Below are positions 41,690 through 59,230 of a stretch of DNA of 64,000 nt, piece after piece. How positions within the stretch are numbered: position 1 is the first letter of the stretch; the number at the start of each line of letters is the position of its first letter. The DNA lies in sequence record NC_042060.1, one strand, 5' to 3'. The notes beneath the pieces are model-generated. The model was given only the letters and a program-made list of their open reading frames with translations. It was not told where the DNA came from and ran no database searches. Both the position numbers and the translations under genes were made by a program.

Positions 41690-43080
41690 TATACAAGTGC
41701 TCCAGCTCGAATCATCCAACGCCATGTACCATTATTTCTAACTGCTACATATTGCTGGTAATAATAGGCTTCAAAGGGGGTATTAGTTCTAACACCTACA
41801 ACAGCGTAAGTGCCTTCAGGATATTTGGTATTATCTGTAAACATCGTATTTAACGTGTTTAATGCTTCTGCTTCACTATTTACCTGACCTAAGGTAATGG
41901 CTTTAATCTTATCTTTGTTCCACTCTTTAAAAGCTTCAACCCAGTCTTGCCAAGTACCATCGCTCGCTAGATAATATCTCTCAGGGTCATTTAATATTGA
42001 TGCATTACCTTTACCTAATGCATTCCATTTAAATACGCCACTAGTTACTTCTTCAGCTGGAATATCTTTTCGAACATCATTCCAGAAATTCTGATATACC
42101 TTACCTGTTCCAGTAACTGGATAACCCTGACTATTAGTAGTAGCACCAATAGTGGTCGCATTAGCAGCTTGTTCATTAATACCTAATAATGGAGTTATTT
42201 TAGAATCCATCACTGGTTTGGTATATGATCCAACTTGGTCAGCTGTGACAGCATGTGGGTTATTAAAGTTTTTAATATGTGCTGCAAGTTTAGCCAACGT
42301 ATCAATATTAAGAATACGATAAATACCACCAATTGGCATGTATTTATTATTTACGTTTCTATTAACTGACTCAGCTTCAGTAGCAAAACCCCAGTTGGAT
42401 ATCTTATCAAGCGGTGGAATTAACTTGAATCGATCATCAGCATGCGGATTATTATAATCAGTTAAGTGTGCTGTAACTCGATCTCTATAATCGTCCACAG
42501 CGGTTTTTGCATCAGTGAGATAAACTTTATAATAATCATCGGCAGCATTATCCATGGCACTTCTACCGACCCGATAAGCATGTGCTATTCGGTTTAATTC
42601 AGTTACCATTGTATCTGTGCCATAAATCTGCCAATATTCATGGCCGTGAGGTGCAGGCGGATATGCATCGGGTTTACCAATAATATCATCCCAAGTGAAA
42701 CTTAATTCATCTAATTCAAGTTTATCAAAAACAGCTTTAAGTTCTAATGCTGAAATACTAAAGAAACCACCAACTGCTCTATATGTAACTTGGACATTAG
42801 GACTAACATTAGGATCAGTTACTACAACAATACCCATTACTTCTAAGCCAGTCATTTCAGATAACTGTGAATAAAGATAGGTTGTTTTATATTGATCTTT
42901 GTTTAAAGATAAACCAGTCTTCTTATCACGTAGATTAAAGTCCTTAGTATAAAAACCACCATGTGTACACATAAGTACGCGATGTGTTTTATTATTGACT
43001 TGAATAAGTGTGTGATCCTCATCTACAATGTAATTAGATGCTAATTTAGCTTTTAGATCTAATGGTAAAAAAGTAATCAT
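41689..43080 (-). CDS. Tail fibre/baseplate protein, gp131 family (gp135 position)
   Basis: H..D..NPH repeats; N-domain shared with its neighbours. Confidence 0.75.
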   Translation of the reverse strand: MITFLPLDLKAKLASNYIVDEDHTLIQVNNKTHRVLMCTHGGFYTKDFNLRDKKTGLSLNKDQYKTTYLYSQLSEMTGLEVMGIVVVTDPNVSPNVQVTYRAVGGFFSISALELKAVFDKLELDELSFTWDDIIGKPDAYPPAPHGHEYWQIYGTDTMVTELNRIAHAYRVGRSAMDNAADDYYKVYLTDAKTAVDDYRDRVTAHLTDYNNPHADDRFKLIPPLDKISNWGFATEAESVNRNVNNKYMPIGGIYRILNIDTLAKLAAHIKNFNNPHAVTADQVGSYTKPVMDSKITPLLGINEQAANATTIGATTNSQGYPVTGTGKVYQNFWNDVRKDIPAEEVTSGVFKWNALGKGNASILNDPERYYLASDGTWQDWVEAFKEWNKDKIKAITLGQVNSEAEALNTLNTMFTDNTKYPEGTYAVVGVRTNTPFEAYYYQQYVAVRNNGTWRWMIRAGALV

Positions 43081-44453
43081 TATGCCGGTTCCCCTATATT
43101 AGTCCACGTTGATCCAACTTTACGTAGGAATAGAGTATTCCTATAGGAAGTAGCTGTTGTACCATTGCCATGTCCAATAACGAATTCTTGATCGTAATGG
43201 CAAATAGCTAACGAACCAGGCCACCATTGTTCAGGATCTGAGAAGTATGTGTTATGGAAAGCAATTGCTTCTTGAATAGACTTAAAGTTGGTGTTATTCC
43301 AGTGGACCATCGTTCCTGTTTTTTGGAAGCGATTAAATATAAAACCGAAATGAGTCCATTGACCATTAGGCATCAATGTCCAATCACGGCCTGGCCAGGT
43401 AGCTGAATTACCAATCCTACCAGGTGCTAGTCGACCAGTCGTCAATACACTTAAAGGCATTTTAGCACGTACTGTTTCACCCATGCTATAAACATCTTGA
43501 CCAAATAAAAGTTTAGACGTATTGGCTGTTTTACCTTTATCTAATTTTTGATTTAGTAAAATATTAGCTTGAGTAACAGTATACGTATTTAATTGTTCAG
43601 CCGTTACCCTGTGTGGGTTAGTGGTGACATCATTAACGTGTGCCAGATATTGAACTGTATAATTGGTATCAACTGATAACTTCATTGACCATGGCGTAGC
43701 ATAGACATTCATGATAGCGCCATTTGGCTGTTTGGCTTGTGTTTCAGTTGCAATGCCAGCATTATAAACATTACCTAATGCCACTTGCCCTTTACGTGTC
43801 TGGTGTGGGTTAGTGGTGGTATCATTGATGTGTGTAGTAAGTCGTGCTTCAATTGTATTAAGATCAGCTTCTATTAGACTTAACTGATATTTAAACTCAT
43901 CTAAAATGGAGTCATATGAGTCTGATGAGCTTTTCTTTAATAAGTCAGTTATTTCTTTTAACTTAACAACTCTAGGCGTAAAACCATAAAGTTCCCAATA
44001 GGCATGCATATGTCCATTAGGTTTAAATTGGTCAGGAATATCTAAAATATTAGACCAATGTGGTTTACGGGTATTATTTAAAAGAGCGTTAGCATGCTCA
44101 GATATGGAAGGGGCAAGGTTACAGTATATACCACCGCACATCTGAGCATCAATGTAAATATCCTCGTGGACATCTTGTTTTGTAATAACAATTACTGAAC
44201 ACGCTTCAAGTCCAGTCTTCTCGATTACTTCTGGATTAATACCAGTACACTGATAATCCATTTCTGGATTTAACTCATTCTGCCTACCATCTCTGATAAC
44301 CATTCCTTTAGTGTAAAAGTAACCCTTATCCATCACGATGATGCGATAGGGGAATCCTTTCTGTTTTGCTAGTGAATGGTATTCACCCTTTGTTCGGTTA
44401 CTATAACTCTCTCCAGTTTCATCAAATGGAAGAGGTAAAAGTAATGGATTCAT
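43080..44453 (-). CDS. Tail fibre/baseplate protein, gp131 family (gp134 position)
   Basis: Two H.ND.TTNPH repeats; paralogous N-domain. Confidence 0.75.
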   Translation of the reverse strand: MNPLLLPLPFDETGESYSNRTKGEYHSLAKQKGFPYRIIVMDKGYFYTKGMVIRDGRQNELNPEMDYQCTGINPEVIEKTGLEACSVIVITKQDVHEDIYIDAQMCGGIYCNLAPSISEHANALLNNTRKPHWSNILDIPDQFKPNGHMHAYWELYGFTPRVVKLKEITDLLKKSSSDSYDSILDEFKYQLSLIEADLNTIEARLTTHINDTTTNPHQTRKGQVALGNVYNAGIATETQAKQPNGAIMNVYATPWSMKLSVDTNYTVQYLAHVNDVTTNPHRVTAEQLNTYTVTQANILLNQKLDKGKTANTSKLLFGQDVYSMGETVRAKMPLSVLTTGRLAPGRIGNSATWPGRDWTLMPNGQWTHFGFIFNRFQKTGTMVHWNNTNFKSIQEAIAFHNTYFSDPEQWWPGSLAICHYDQEFVIGHGNGTTATSYRNTLFLRKVGSTWTNIGEPA

Positions 44454-44464
44454 CTAAACTATCC

Positions 44465-45853
44465 TTATGGAATTACCCAGCCACCTTGTGAACGGAAACA
44501 CACGTAGTTAGGAGTATAATCAACGAAAATCAATCCGTTACCAGCTGCCTGGATTTTCTGTTCTTTAATAGTGAAGAATACAGTAGATCCAATAGGCCAT
44601 GCATCTGGATTAGTGAAGTTAGTTCTACAGAAATCTAATGCTGCTTGCACGGATGGTTGTAATCCTAGTGCATAAAACTTTAACTTAACCGGATATGAAT
44701 ACTCTGTGGCTAATTGATCAAAGTGTGTAAAAATACCATTCCCACGGAGTGGTGCTTTCCATTGTCCCATTGCCCCGGAACCAATCCGATTTATATTGAT
44801 GACATTACTCTGGCCATCGCCAGCTGTAAAGTTCACGTCTGTGTCAAAGTTCTTACGCATCCACCAAATAAGATCGCTATAACCCATTAAAGTAGCAGTT
44901 GGTTGCCCTTTAGGTTTATAATAAACCATATTAGTATTAGCTACTGTATCAGTCTTTAAATATTTACCAGTAATTCGTGAATCAAAATCACTTTTCAAAT
45001 ACGACTGTACATGCGTATTTTTGACTTTATGTGGATTATCACGGCGAGCTATGTGGGCATTAAGTGGTTTTATAGCTATTTCATCTAATACGCCATATGC
45101 TAACTGCGGTGTTAGATAATGTGCATTAGATTGACCTAGTTGAGCAATGGCTGGAGTAGCCAATGGAAAGTTATTAACTAAACCTAGTTCAACATTAGTT
45201 GGGGTAATCTTGTGTGGATTAGCTTTATCTTGAATATGTTTTTCTAGGCGATCATTAAATTTCTTTAAGAACTCATCATAAATCTCTTTAACTTTACTAC
45301 GGTATTCATCTTCACCGCTTGTATCACCAGCCATGAGTGCCTGTGTTATCCACTCCATCTCGTTATTATAAGGCTGATACGTATCAAGATGCCATCGTTC
45401 GCCAACTAACTCACCGTCTTTCCAATATGGTTCGTTACCAGTGTAGTCGAGATCTTTTGGCTTTGGCTTACCATTTGTTTTCCACCAGTTAATATAATCG
45501 TCGATAACTGTGAAACTAAACGCTAGATCACCGCCTACCATGTGAGCTGAAGTATACACTATTGGTGTACTAGGTGTTTTTAAGAAAACAATTGCTGAAC
45601 ATATTTCTTGACCGACATACGCACTAGCATCTTTGTGATAATAAGTAACAATATAATCAATATCTTTAACTAAACGATTATATTTACCATCATAAACTTC
45701 TAACCCTTTTGTATAGAATCCACCATGATATAACTTGATGATTCTATAGTCGAATCCCTGATACTGAACTAGAGTATGAGGCTCGCTACCAATGAAACAA
45801 TCTGGATTTGTACCTAATGGATCAAATGGTAATTGTAAAATAGGATTATACAT
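44465..45853 (-). CDS. Tail fibre/baseplate protein, gp131 family (gp133 position)
   Basis: HIQDKANPH and HIARRDNPH repeats. Confidence 0.75.
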   Translation of the reverse strand: MYNPILQLPFDPLGTNPDCFIGSEPHTLVQYQGFDYRIIKLYHGGFYTKGLEVYDGKYNRLVKDIDYIVTYYHKDASAYVGQEICSAIVFLKTPSTPIVYTSAHMVGGDLAFSFTVIDDYINWWKTNGKPKPKDLDYTGNEPYWKDGELVGERWHLDTYQPYNNEMEWITQALMAGDTSGEDEYRSKVKEIYDEFLKKFNDRLEKHIQDKANPHKITPTNVELGLVNNFPLATPAIAQLGQSNAHYLTPQLAYGVLDEIAIKPLNAHIARRDNPHKVKNTHVQSYLKSDFDSRITGKYLKTDTVANTNMVYYKPKGQPTATLMGYSDLIWWMRKNFDTDVNFTAGDGQSNVININRIGSGAMGQWKAPLRGNGIFTHFDQLATEYSYPVKLKFYALGLQPSVQAALDFCRTNFTNPDAWPIGSTVFFTIKEQKIQAAGNGLIFVDYTPNYVCFRSQGGWVIP

Positions 45854-45882
45854 AAGAAATACCTTTTAACTGAAACAGCAAA

Positions 45883-45911
45883 AAGAGACACAGCTTTTGG
45901 CTGTGTCTCTT
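45883..45911. terminator. Hairpin terminator
   Basis: aagagacacagc/gctgtgtctctt 12-bp stem with a U-tract on the minus strand. Confidence 0.75.
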
Positions 45912-45927
45912 ATGCCAGGTCAGATGT

Positions 45928-46260
45928 TTATAGACGGTCTGCTGCGTCATTAAATAATTTCGCAAGTGGACCGTATATGTGCACTCGATTATAATCATCT
46001 GTCCGTTTAGGAGTCATGTACGTAGTGTTATTGAAACCTTCTTGTGCACGCTTCTTAGTAGCTGGACGATAGTTAGCCACATTACCAAGACCAATATCCG
46101 ATGGTTGCAGATTATGTGGGTTACCTCTAGCTGCAATATGCCCATTGATCCTATTAATAACGGCTATGAATTTATTAAGGACTGCCTTAGTAAATAAGCC
46201 TTGATTACTAATAGAAACATTTATTTGAGCATCCATCTCTTGACGTGTAACTTCTGCCAT
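45928..46260 (-). CDS. Small gp131-family protein (gp132 position)
   Basis: 110 aa; a single HIAARGNPH...IGLGNV repeat. Confidence 0.75.
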   Translation of the reverse strand: MAEVTRQEMDAQINVSISNQGLFTKAVLNKFIAVINRINGHIAARGNPHNLQPSDIGLGNVANYRPATKKRAQEGFNNTTYMTPKRTDDYNRVHIYGPLAKLFNDAADRL

Positions 46261-46273
46261 TTTTTAAATCCTC

Positions 46274-48589
46274 TTATGGACCAGTGGGTGGAGTTGGTTC
46301 AATATGTTTCACACGTGTACCCCTGCCATTCCATAATAAGGAGTTATCAGGTGAATCTCCCCAGAACATGACTTGATTCAAAGTATTTACTGTCACAGTG
46401 AAATTATGCCCTGCTGCCAATTGAATATATGGTCCAGCATGGTCATCTACGTCACATTGTCCATTATCGTTATTTCCGAAGAAAGCGATTTGGCCATCAC
46501 CATACATCACTGTGTAATGTGTGTACAATCCTGATACACCACCAATTGGGTTACTATTTACATTAGCAGTTACATCGTTACCACGTCCATCAAACCATAA
46601 TGGCGAGATAACCATAAAGGATGTATCATTACCATTGCGGATGATTTCCATGACATGTACTTTACTAGATTCAGATGTATAATCTTCAGGAGCAACTAAT
46701 GGATCTATTGAATGCATGATGATGTGGGTGCAACCAATTGACATTGAATCAATAACATGATTCAATGGTTTAATTGTGTTGTTAACAAAATCATTAAAAG
46801 CACTAATGAAGCTTGGGATACCATAAGCTGTATATACATAGTCAGCACTGCTAGCTGGACCTATGTTTACAACAACTGTCATTTCACCAGGATAGGTGTC
46901 TTCAGTATTGGTAAATATAGCCCATGGTTTATTAGCAGCAGGTACTAATAGTTCAGATGTACCACCTTTAACACAACGATAAAGATCTTGGTGCTCAAAG
47001 ATTGCTGATTCACCTGTTGAACTAAAGATGAACTTACCTGTTAACATATACAGAGATGTTTTATTCGCCCAGATACTTGAAGGAATATTTCCATCTATAG
47101 GTGCAGTCCATTCTACTGGAATTGGTATCATCTCATCGACTTTAGTTTCATCGATACATGCTGACTTGGCTACACCATTCTCTACCCAATACTGACCATA
47201 TCGGTGAGATACCCAGGATTCCTGAGCATATCCTAAACGCTCTGGTATAACAGCATAAGGGTTAGCTGGCGATTTAGGATGAACTACACAGTCATCTCTG
47301 ACAATTGTACAATCCCACCAACTATTAAATCCAGCATAAGCATGGAAACCTGCCGTGACACCTTGAATTAATTCCATTCGGTCATATTCACTAGTATCAT
47401 CCACAATAACTGGTAATGTATCTATCTTTAATTGTACATCATCCCAGTTAGCGTTATAGCCGGCTGCCATCCTTTCAATATCACCGAATGATGGGAATTC
47501 ATCTTTCCATTGCTCAGGTGTTAATCCACCAAAGGTAGAAGCATCACCACCACCTAGTCCTGCCAGTAGTTGATCAACTTGTGTTTTAGTATATGCATTA
47601 ACCTGGTCGGCAGTTACAACGTGTGGGTTATTTTCATTACTAATATGTTGATTAAGTTTCTCTTCTAGTTCATTAATTCTAGAAGCATCACCAATCTGAC
47701 TATAGAGAATAGATGCAGTATAAGGTGTTAATAATACCGAATCATTAGTTACGTCTACCGCAGTAGTTGGTGTTGCAGCTGGGTAGTTAGGAACATTACC
47801 TAAATTAATATCAGCTGCTGTTAGACCGTGTACGTTACCCCTAGCCGCTATGTGGGCATTAAGCGGATTTACGGCAAACTTATTAACTAATGCTAATGTA
47901 CCACGTGGGTTCGTAAATAGATCATTACGATTAGCATCTAAATGCTGTTGATCACTTGCCATTGCATAGTTTGGAACTAGTGACAAGCCAACTTGTGCTT
48001 TAGTTACCCTGTGTGGGTTATTATAATCATGAATATGTTGGTCAGTTGTACCGGCAGCCGCAGCACGGATAGCTTCTATAATCCCTTCGATACCTTCAAG
48101 AATCTCTTTACTACCTACTAATGAATCAATAGGTTGATTGTGTTCTAAAGGTGGGAAAGAAGCAGGTAATGGACCAATTGCACCCCATGACCGAATCAAG
48201 GGGTTATACTGTTTGCGTGCAAGCTCAGCCAGGATCTGCTGATTACTAAATCCCCATTGCCCACCTATTGTACGATAATCCATACCAATCATAGCGTTTA
48301 TCGAACGCTTCATGATACGTATAGATCCAGCGATAGGTCTACCTATCGATTCCATAGCTTCAATAAACCAATGCCCAATAAGGTAATCAACACCTTCTAC
48401 ATAAGTCTGATTGGTCAGTGGGTTAAATAGTCGTAATGAATCTACAAAGAAAGGTGCAGCAAATGGTATAATGAAATAATAATCATCACCATCTGGTACC
48501 TGGAGAGTTTGGCGCTCACCTTTAATAAAGTTCTGGGGATTTGTTCCATTGGGGTCGAATGGATATAACCCAGTTTCACCGTGGGCCAT
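46274..48589 (-). CDS. gp131: Tail fibre/baseplate-periphery protein with C-terminal beta-propeller
   Basis: Three NPH/NVH repeats; RCC1-like C-terminal blades (FFGNNDNGQC, AAGHNFTV). The gp131 C-domain is a known seven-bladed propeller. Confidence 0.82.
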   Translation of the reverse strand: MAHGETGLYPFDPNGTNPQNFIKGERQTLQVPDGDDYYFIIPFAAPFFVDSLRLFNPLTNQTYVEGVDYLIGHWFIEAMESIGRPIAGSIRIMKRSINAMIGMDYRTIGGQWGFSNQQILAELARKQYNPLIRSWGAIGPLPASFPPLEHNQPIDSLVGSKEILEGIEGIIEAIRAAAAGTTDQHIHDYNNPHRVTKAQVGLSLVPNYAMASDQQHLDANRNDLFTNPRGTLALVNKFAVNPLNAHIAARGNVHGLTAADINLGNVPNYPAATPTTAVDVTNDSVLLTPYTASILYSQIGDASRINELEEKLNQHISNENNPHVVTADQVNAYTKTQVDQLLAGLGGGDASTFGGLTPEQWKDEFPSFGDIERMAAGYNANWDDVQLKIDTLPVIVDDTSEYDRMELIQGVTAGFHAYAGFNSWWDCTIVRDDCVVHPKSPANPYAVIPERLGYAQESWVSHRYGQYWVENGVAKSACIDETKVDEMIPIPVEWTAPIDGNIPSSIWANKTSLYMLTGKFIFSSTGESAIFEHQDLYRCVKGGTSELLVPAANKPWAIFTNTEDTYPGEMTVVVNIGPASSADYVYTAYGIPSFISAFNDFVNNTIKPLNHVIDSMSIGCTHIIMHSIDPLVAPEDYTSESSKVHVMEIIRNGNDTSFMVISPLWFDGRGNDVTANVNSNPIGGVSGLYTHYTVMYGDGQIAFFGNNDNGQCDVDDHAGPYIQLAAGHNFTVTVNTLNQVMFWGDSPDNSLLWNGRGTRVKHIEPTPPTGP

Positions 48590-48683
48590 GGTTGCCCTCC
48601 TTTAATAAAACGCTATTGCGCAATTTGTTAGCGTAATGATGTGAAATTCACATAGGATTGTCCAATCATTCCATGGAGACTAA

Positions 48684-49970
<1,287 letters not shown>

Positions 49971-49973
49971 CGT

Positions 49974-50005
49974 CATAAGCCCTCCCGTAATGGGAGGGCA
50001 TTATG
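49974..50005. terminator. Bidirectional hairpin terminator, gccctccc family
   Basis: cataaGCCCTCCC gtaat GGGAGGGCattatg between convergent genes. Confidence 0.8.
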
Positions 50006-50016
50006 TTGTTTAGAAA

Positions 50017-52716
<2,700 letters not shown>

Positions 52717-52736
52717 CTAAATTTTAAAGTGAGTAA

Positions 52737-54917
<2,181 letters not shown>

Positions 54918-54924
54918 GGAGCGA

Positions 54925-55800
<876 letters not shown>

Positions 55801-55808
55801 GGTGTGTA

Positions 55809-56252
55809 ATGGCTGATACAAGAGCTGAATTAGTAGCTGCTTGGAATGTGGCTAATAAACCTAAAGATAATAATGGTAAGCCTAGGGATTTAACTGTTGA
55901 TGATGTTGAATTTATAGGGACTGATACATTCTTAGCAACTGGTACAAATGCCAAAACAACAATGAGAGCGAAGACCAGTTCACTTTATTTTAAAGGTGAG
56001 ACAGTTATTTACTTTAATAGACGCTCTTTACCAGAGTACTGTCTTGGTATAAAAGTACCGGGTAAACCAACTGACTATACTGATAATTTAGAAGTAGCTG
56101 AAAAATTAAGAGATGTTTACGGTATTCCATTTATTATAGATGAGATACAACCGCAACCTATTACTGGGAATACGGTTACGATACATCCATACTTTAATAA
56201 CTTGTCGTGGATACCAACAATACCAGTAACTCTTGAATTTGAAAGTAGTTAA
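55809..56252 (+). CDS. Virion protein, stand-alone paralogous domain (gp126 position)
   Basis: YFNRRSL motif; 147 aa. Confidence 0.65.
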   Translation: MADTRAELVAAWNVANKPKDNNGKPRDLTVDDVEFIGTDTFLATGTNAKTTMRAKTSSLYFKGETVIYFNRRSLPEYCLGIKVPGKPTDYTDNLEVAEKLRDVYGIPFIIDEIQPQPITGNTVTIHPYFNNLSWIPTIPVTLEFESS

Positions 56253-56269
56253 ATAAAAAAAAATAAAGA

Positions 56270-56302
56270 CATAGCCCCTCTCCATGCGGAGAGGGGTTTA
56301 TG
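56270..56302. terminator. Bidirectional hairpin terminator, variant of the family
   Basis: catagcccctctcc atgc ggagaggggtttatg between convergent genes. Confidence 0.78.
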
Positions 56303-56316
56303 CCATTACTTAATTA

Positions 56317-56949
56317 TTACCATTCAACCTTAAATTCACCGCATTTAAATGACAGTTTATTAGATCGATGATCTCGTCCAAACCAACATCCTTCCTTGGT
56401 AACTGCATCTGCGATTTGTGGTTTAACCATATTGTTTTTGTATGATTCACGAAGTGCAGTATATAGGGCTTTATGACATGTTTCGAAGAATACCTTATTA
56501 ATAGGATTCTTATCATTAACTCGTGCTAGTGAATGTTTATCAAGAAGAGTGTGCATTCCAATTGAATACTTCTGGATAGTTTCTAGATCTTTCTTAAGCG
56601 CCCAGATACCATAAGTTACTTTTAGAGAAGTATTAGCTTTGGTTGATGGAATAAATGCTGATGGGTCATCAATCATTGGTGCTAATTGCTCAGTGGAATA
56701 TGGATTATAAGAAAGATATTGTTGGCCATCCCAAATATACATATCCATTGTATCTTGAACGACATATAGAACTAGAACTTTACCATTTGCCGGTAGATCA
56801 CATTTTGTATTTACTTCTACAGTGTCATTAAAATCTGGTTTATAGTTACTATAACTATTCATCAATACCACATCATCGAATAGTCCTGCCATATTCACCG
56901 TATTTTTGTTTAGTAATTCTTTAAAGAATTTATTCATTTTAGCTAGCAT
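56317..56949 (-). CDS. Hypothetical protein (gp125 position)
   Basis: 210 aa; AAGGAG SD. Confidence 0.7.
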   Translation of the reverse strand: MLAKMNKFFKELLNKNTVNMAGLFDDVVLMNSYSNYKPDFNDTVEVNTKCDLPANGKVLVLYVVQDTMDMYIWDGQQYLSYNPYSTEQLAPMIDDPSAFIPSTKANTSLKVTYGIWALKKDLETIQKYSIGMHTLLDKHSLARVNDKNPINKVFFETCHKALYTALRESYKNNMVKPQIADAVTKEGCWFGRDHRSNKLSFKCGEFKVEW

Positions 56950-57001
56950 TGTATTACTCCTTTTTTACAATATTTGATTAAACTATACATTACTCATAAA
57001 T

Positions 57002-57023
57002 AAGCCCCTCCGAAGAGGGGCTT
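57002..57023 (-). terminator. Hairpin terminator (TTCG loop)
   Basis: aagcccctc cgaa gaggggctt after the 721-aa gene. Confidence 0.75.
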
Positions 57024-57029
57024 TCATGC

Positions 57030-59195
57030 TTATTTGATAAGCTTAAGTAGAACAGCATTATCAACAAGAGCGCCACGAATAACTTGTAGATAAGATCCAT
57101 CAGCAGTGATAATGTACATTTTGTGGGTACGTGCATCATCTGAATCTTTAGAGCTATTTAGACGCTTTGCCATTCCCATGATTACTTGAGTAATCTTAGG
57201 TTCAGTAAGTTTACTGATAAGCACTGCTTTCTCGGTATAAATATTTAGGCAGGATAGTTCCTCAAGGCGCCAGCCAGTTTGGAAACGCACTGATAGATCT
57301 AGAATAGAATTACCTTCTTCTGGATCAATATTAACACACATACTCCGTCCAACAATAAACGGAATACTAGCGGTAAATTTATCAGCTACTGACTTACCCT
57401 TCTTACCGATCAGATATGCGATAAGGTCACCGATATCTTCACAGAAGTCATCAATGGTTACCTTCTGACTCATTGAATCAGCCAGGAACTCATTAACTGC
57501 ACTGGTGAGCCTTTCAACTAGGAACCGATAGTAGCGTTGAGCCAGCTTACCATCTAGCATTAGTTGCTTAAGGCGCTTTGCAATTAGATGCGGATCGGGT
57601 TCTTTTCGAATATCCTCGATCTCATACATGACTTCAGTTGAAGCATCAAATGGATGGGATGATGCTGCGCGATACTCATGTGCTGGAACTACATCATCTT
57701 CGCTTAGCTCAAGTGCTTCACGAACTGCATTGAGTGCACCAGCTTCTGCTTCAAGATTATTTGCACAAGCAATATAACCTTCTAGGATAACTGGATCATG
57801 TTCACGATTATCAGTTAACCCAGCATCATTTGGTGAAAACTCTTCGGCTACTTCTTTAACCGGTTTGGCATCACCCATAATGGTAGATAGCTTATAACTG
57901 GTTGCAGTACGCGCACCACCACCACGATGTGCTTGACGACGGAGATCATCTTGAAGCTCATGCTTTAGATAATCCATTTCCATGTGATTCTCCCACTTAC
58001 GATATACTTCATGTACAGTGTTATCAGGCCATTTAGCAAGGAAGCGACAATATACTGCCGGATCCATTAGGATGCTGTATGGATTAGCTGAACTAGCAGT
58101 ACGTACCCAATCAGGTTTATCTGCAACTAGATGAGCAGGTCGGATTTCAATGCCACCTGGATTATAGATAACATCCATCGGACGATCTTTATTAATTACA
58201 AATCCATTGGGTACATAATAGTTCGGATCGAATACGAGTTCTTTCACATCTTGAGGGATGGGTAGATCCGTATTATCATTAGTTACAGTATTTGCATTTT
58301 GTTGTAGTTCAGGTAGAATCATTACATCACCTCCACCAGGGATTGTATCATAACTACTATTTGGAGATACTTCAACAGTGGCACCCCAAGAGTCTTTAGG
58401 TTGCATGACTGGTTTGTTTTCCAGGAAAGGAGAAGAACCAGGTACGTCATATGCAGCATTTGCAATTGATGGACCAGTGTCATGATTAGTTGTTGGTGTA
58501 TATGCCCCTGGAATGTTCAGCTGCGGATTAGCCATGGTAGCCGGTTGACCATAGGTCTGTTGGATACCTGCGTTAATTGGAGGTAGTTGTGAACTCATGC
58601 CAGGACGACCCATTGCTGCACCCATCCCAGGGAAACTTCCAGGCTGTACACCAGGTTGTTGATATCCACCCTGCATCATGGTGTTGCCACCCATACGCAT
58701 CTTTTGGATATCTGATTCAATCTGTCCGATTACACCAAGTGCCTGTTGGATATTCGGCATTAGATGTTGAACTAGACTTTGTAACTGCGGGAAGGTTTGA
58801 GCACATTTACCAACAAAACCAGACCATACTAGAGATGCAGCTTGCTGCATTGCCTGCTGTGGGTTGTTCACCATTTGACGATGAATAAATAGAAATTCTA
58901 GAAAGTCAATAACTTTCTGAGCCCACTGGTGATAATAGTTATTCTGGAAACCATTACTAGATAGCAGATTATACGCAAATGCATGAAGCTGAGTGGTGGT
59001 AGCCGCATTTTGAGCATTCAGCCGGAACAGTCCAATTACACCATTGAAATATGGTTGTAGTTGAGGATGTTGTTGATGTGGTGATAACTGTAGCGGTAAG
59101 CTAAACAGATAATTCCCATTAGGTAGGTTAGGATCGAAAGTACTGGTATCTACACTCTCAAAATCGACAGGTAGATTGTACTGTGCATAGTTCAT
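57030..59195 (-). CDS. Large conserved protein with Q/G/P/M-rich low-complexity region (gp124 position)
   Basis: 721 aa; co-transcribed with the nvRNAP subunit gene. Confidence 0.75.
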   Translation of the reverse strand: MNYAQYNLPVDFESVDTSTFDPNLPNGNYLFSLPLQLSPHQQHPQLQPYFNGVIGLFRLNAQNAATTTQLHAFAYNLLSSNGFQNNYYHQWAQKVIDFLEFLFIHRQMVNNPQQAMQQAASLVWSGFVGKCAQTFPQLQSLVQHLMPNIQQALGVIGQIESDIQKMRMGGNTMMQGGYQQPGVQPGSFPGMGAAMGRPGMSSQLPPINAGIQQTYGQPATMANPQLNIPGAYTPTTNHDTGPSIANAAYDVPGSSPFLENKPVMQPKDSWGATVEVSPNSSYDTIPGGGDVMILPELQQNANTVTNDNTDLPIPQDVKELVFDPNYYVPNGFVINKDRPMDVIYNPGGIEIRPAHLVADKPDWVRTASSANPYSILMDPAVYCRFLAKWPDNTVHEVYRKWENHMEMDYLKHELQDDLRRQAHRGGGARTATSYKLSTIMGDAKPVKEVAEEFSPNDAGLTDNREHDPVILEGYIACANNLEAEAGALNAVREALELSEDDVVPAHEYRAASSHPFDASTEVMYEIEDIRKEPDPHLIAKRLKQLMLDGKLAQRYYRFLVERLTSAVNEFLADSMSQKVTIDDFCEDIGDLIAYLIGKKGKSVADKFTASIPFIVGRSMCVNIDPEEGNSILDLSVRFQTGWRLEELSCLNIYTEKAVLISKLTEPKITQVIMGMAKRLNSSKDSDDARTHKMYIITADGSYLQVIRGALVDNAVLLKLIK

Positions 59196-59230
59196 GTGAA
59201 TAATACCTATTAAGTAGTTAAAGATTTAAT

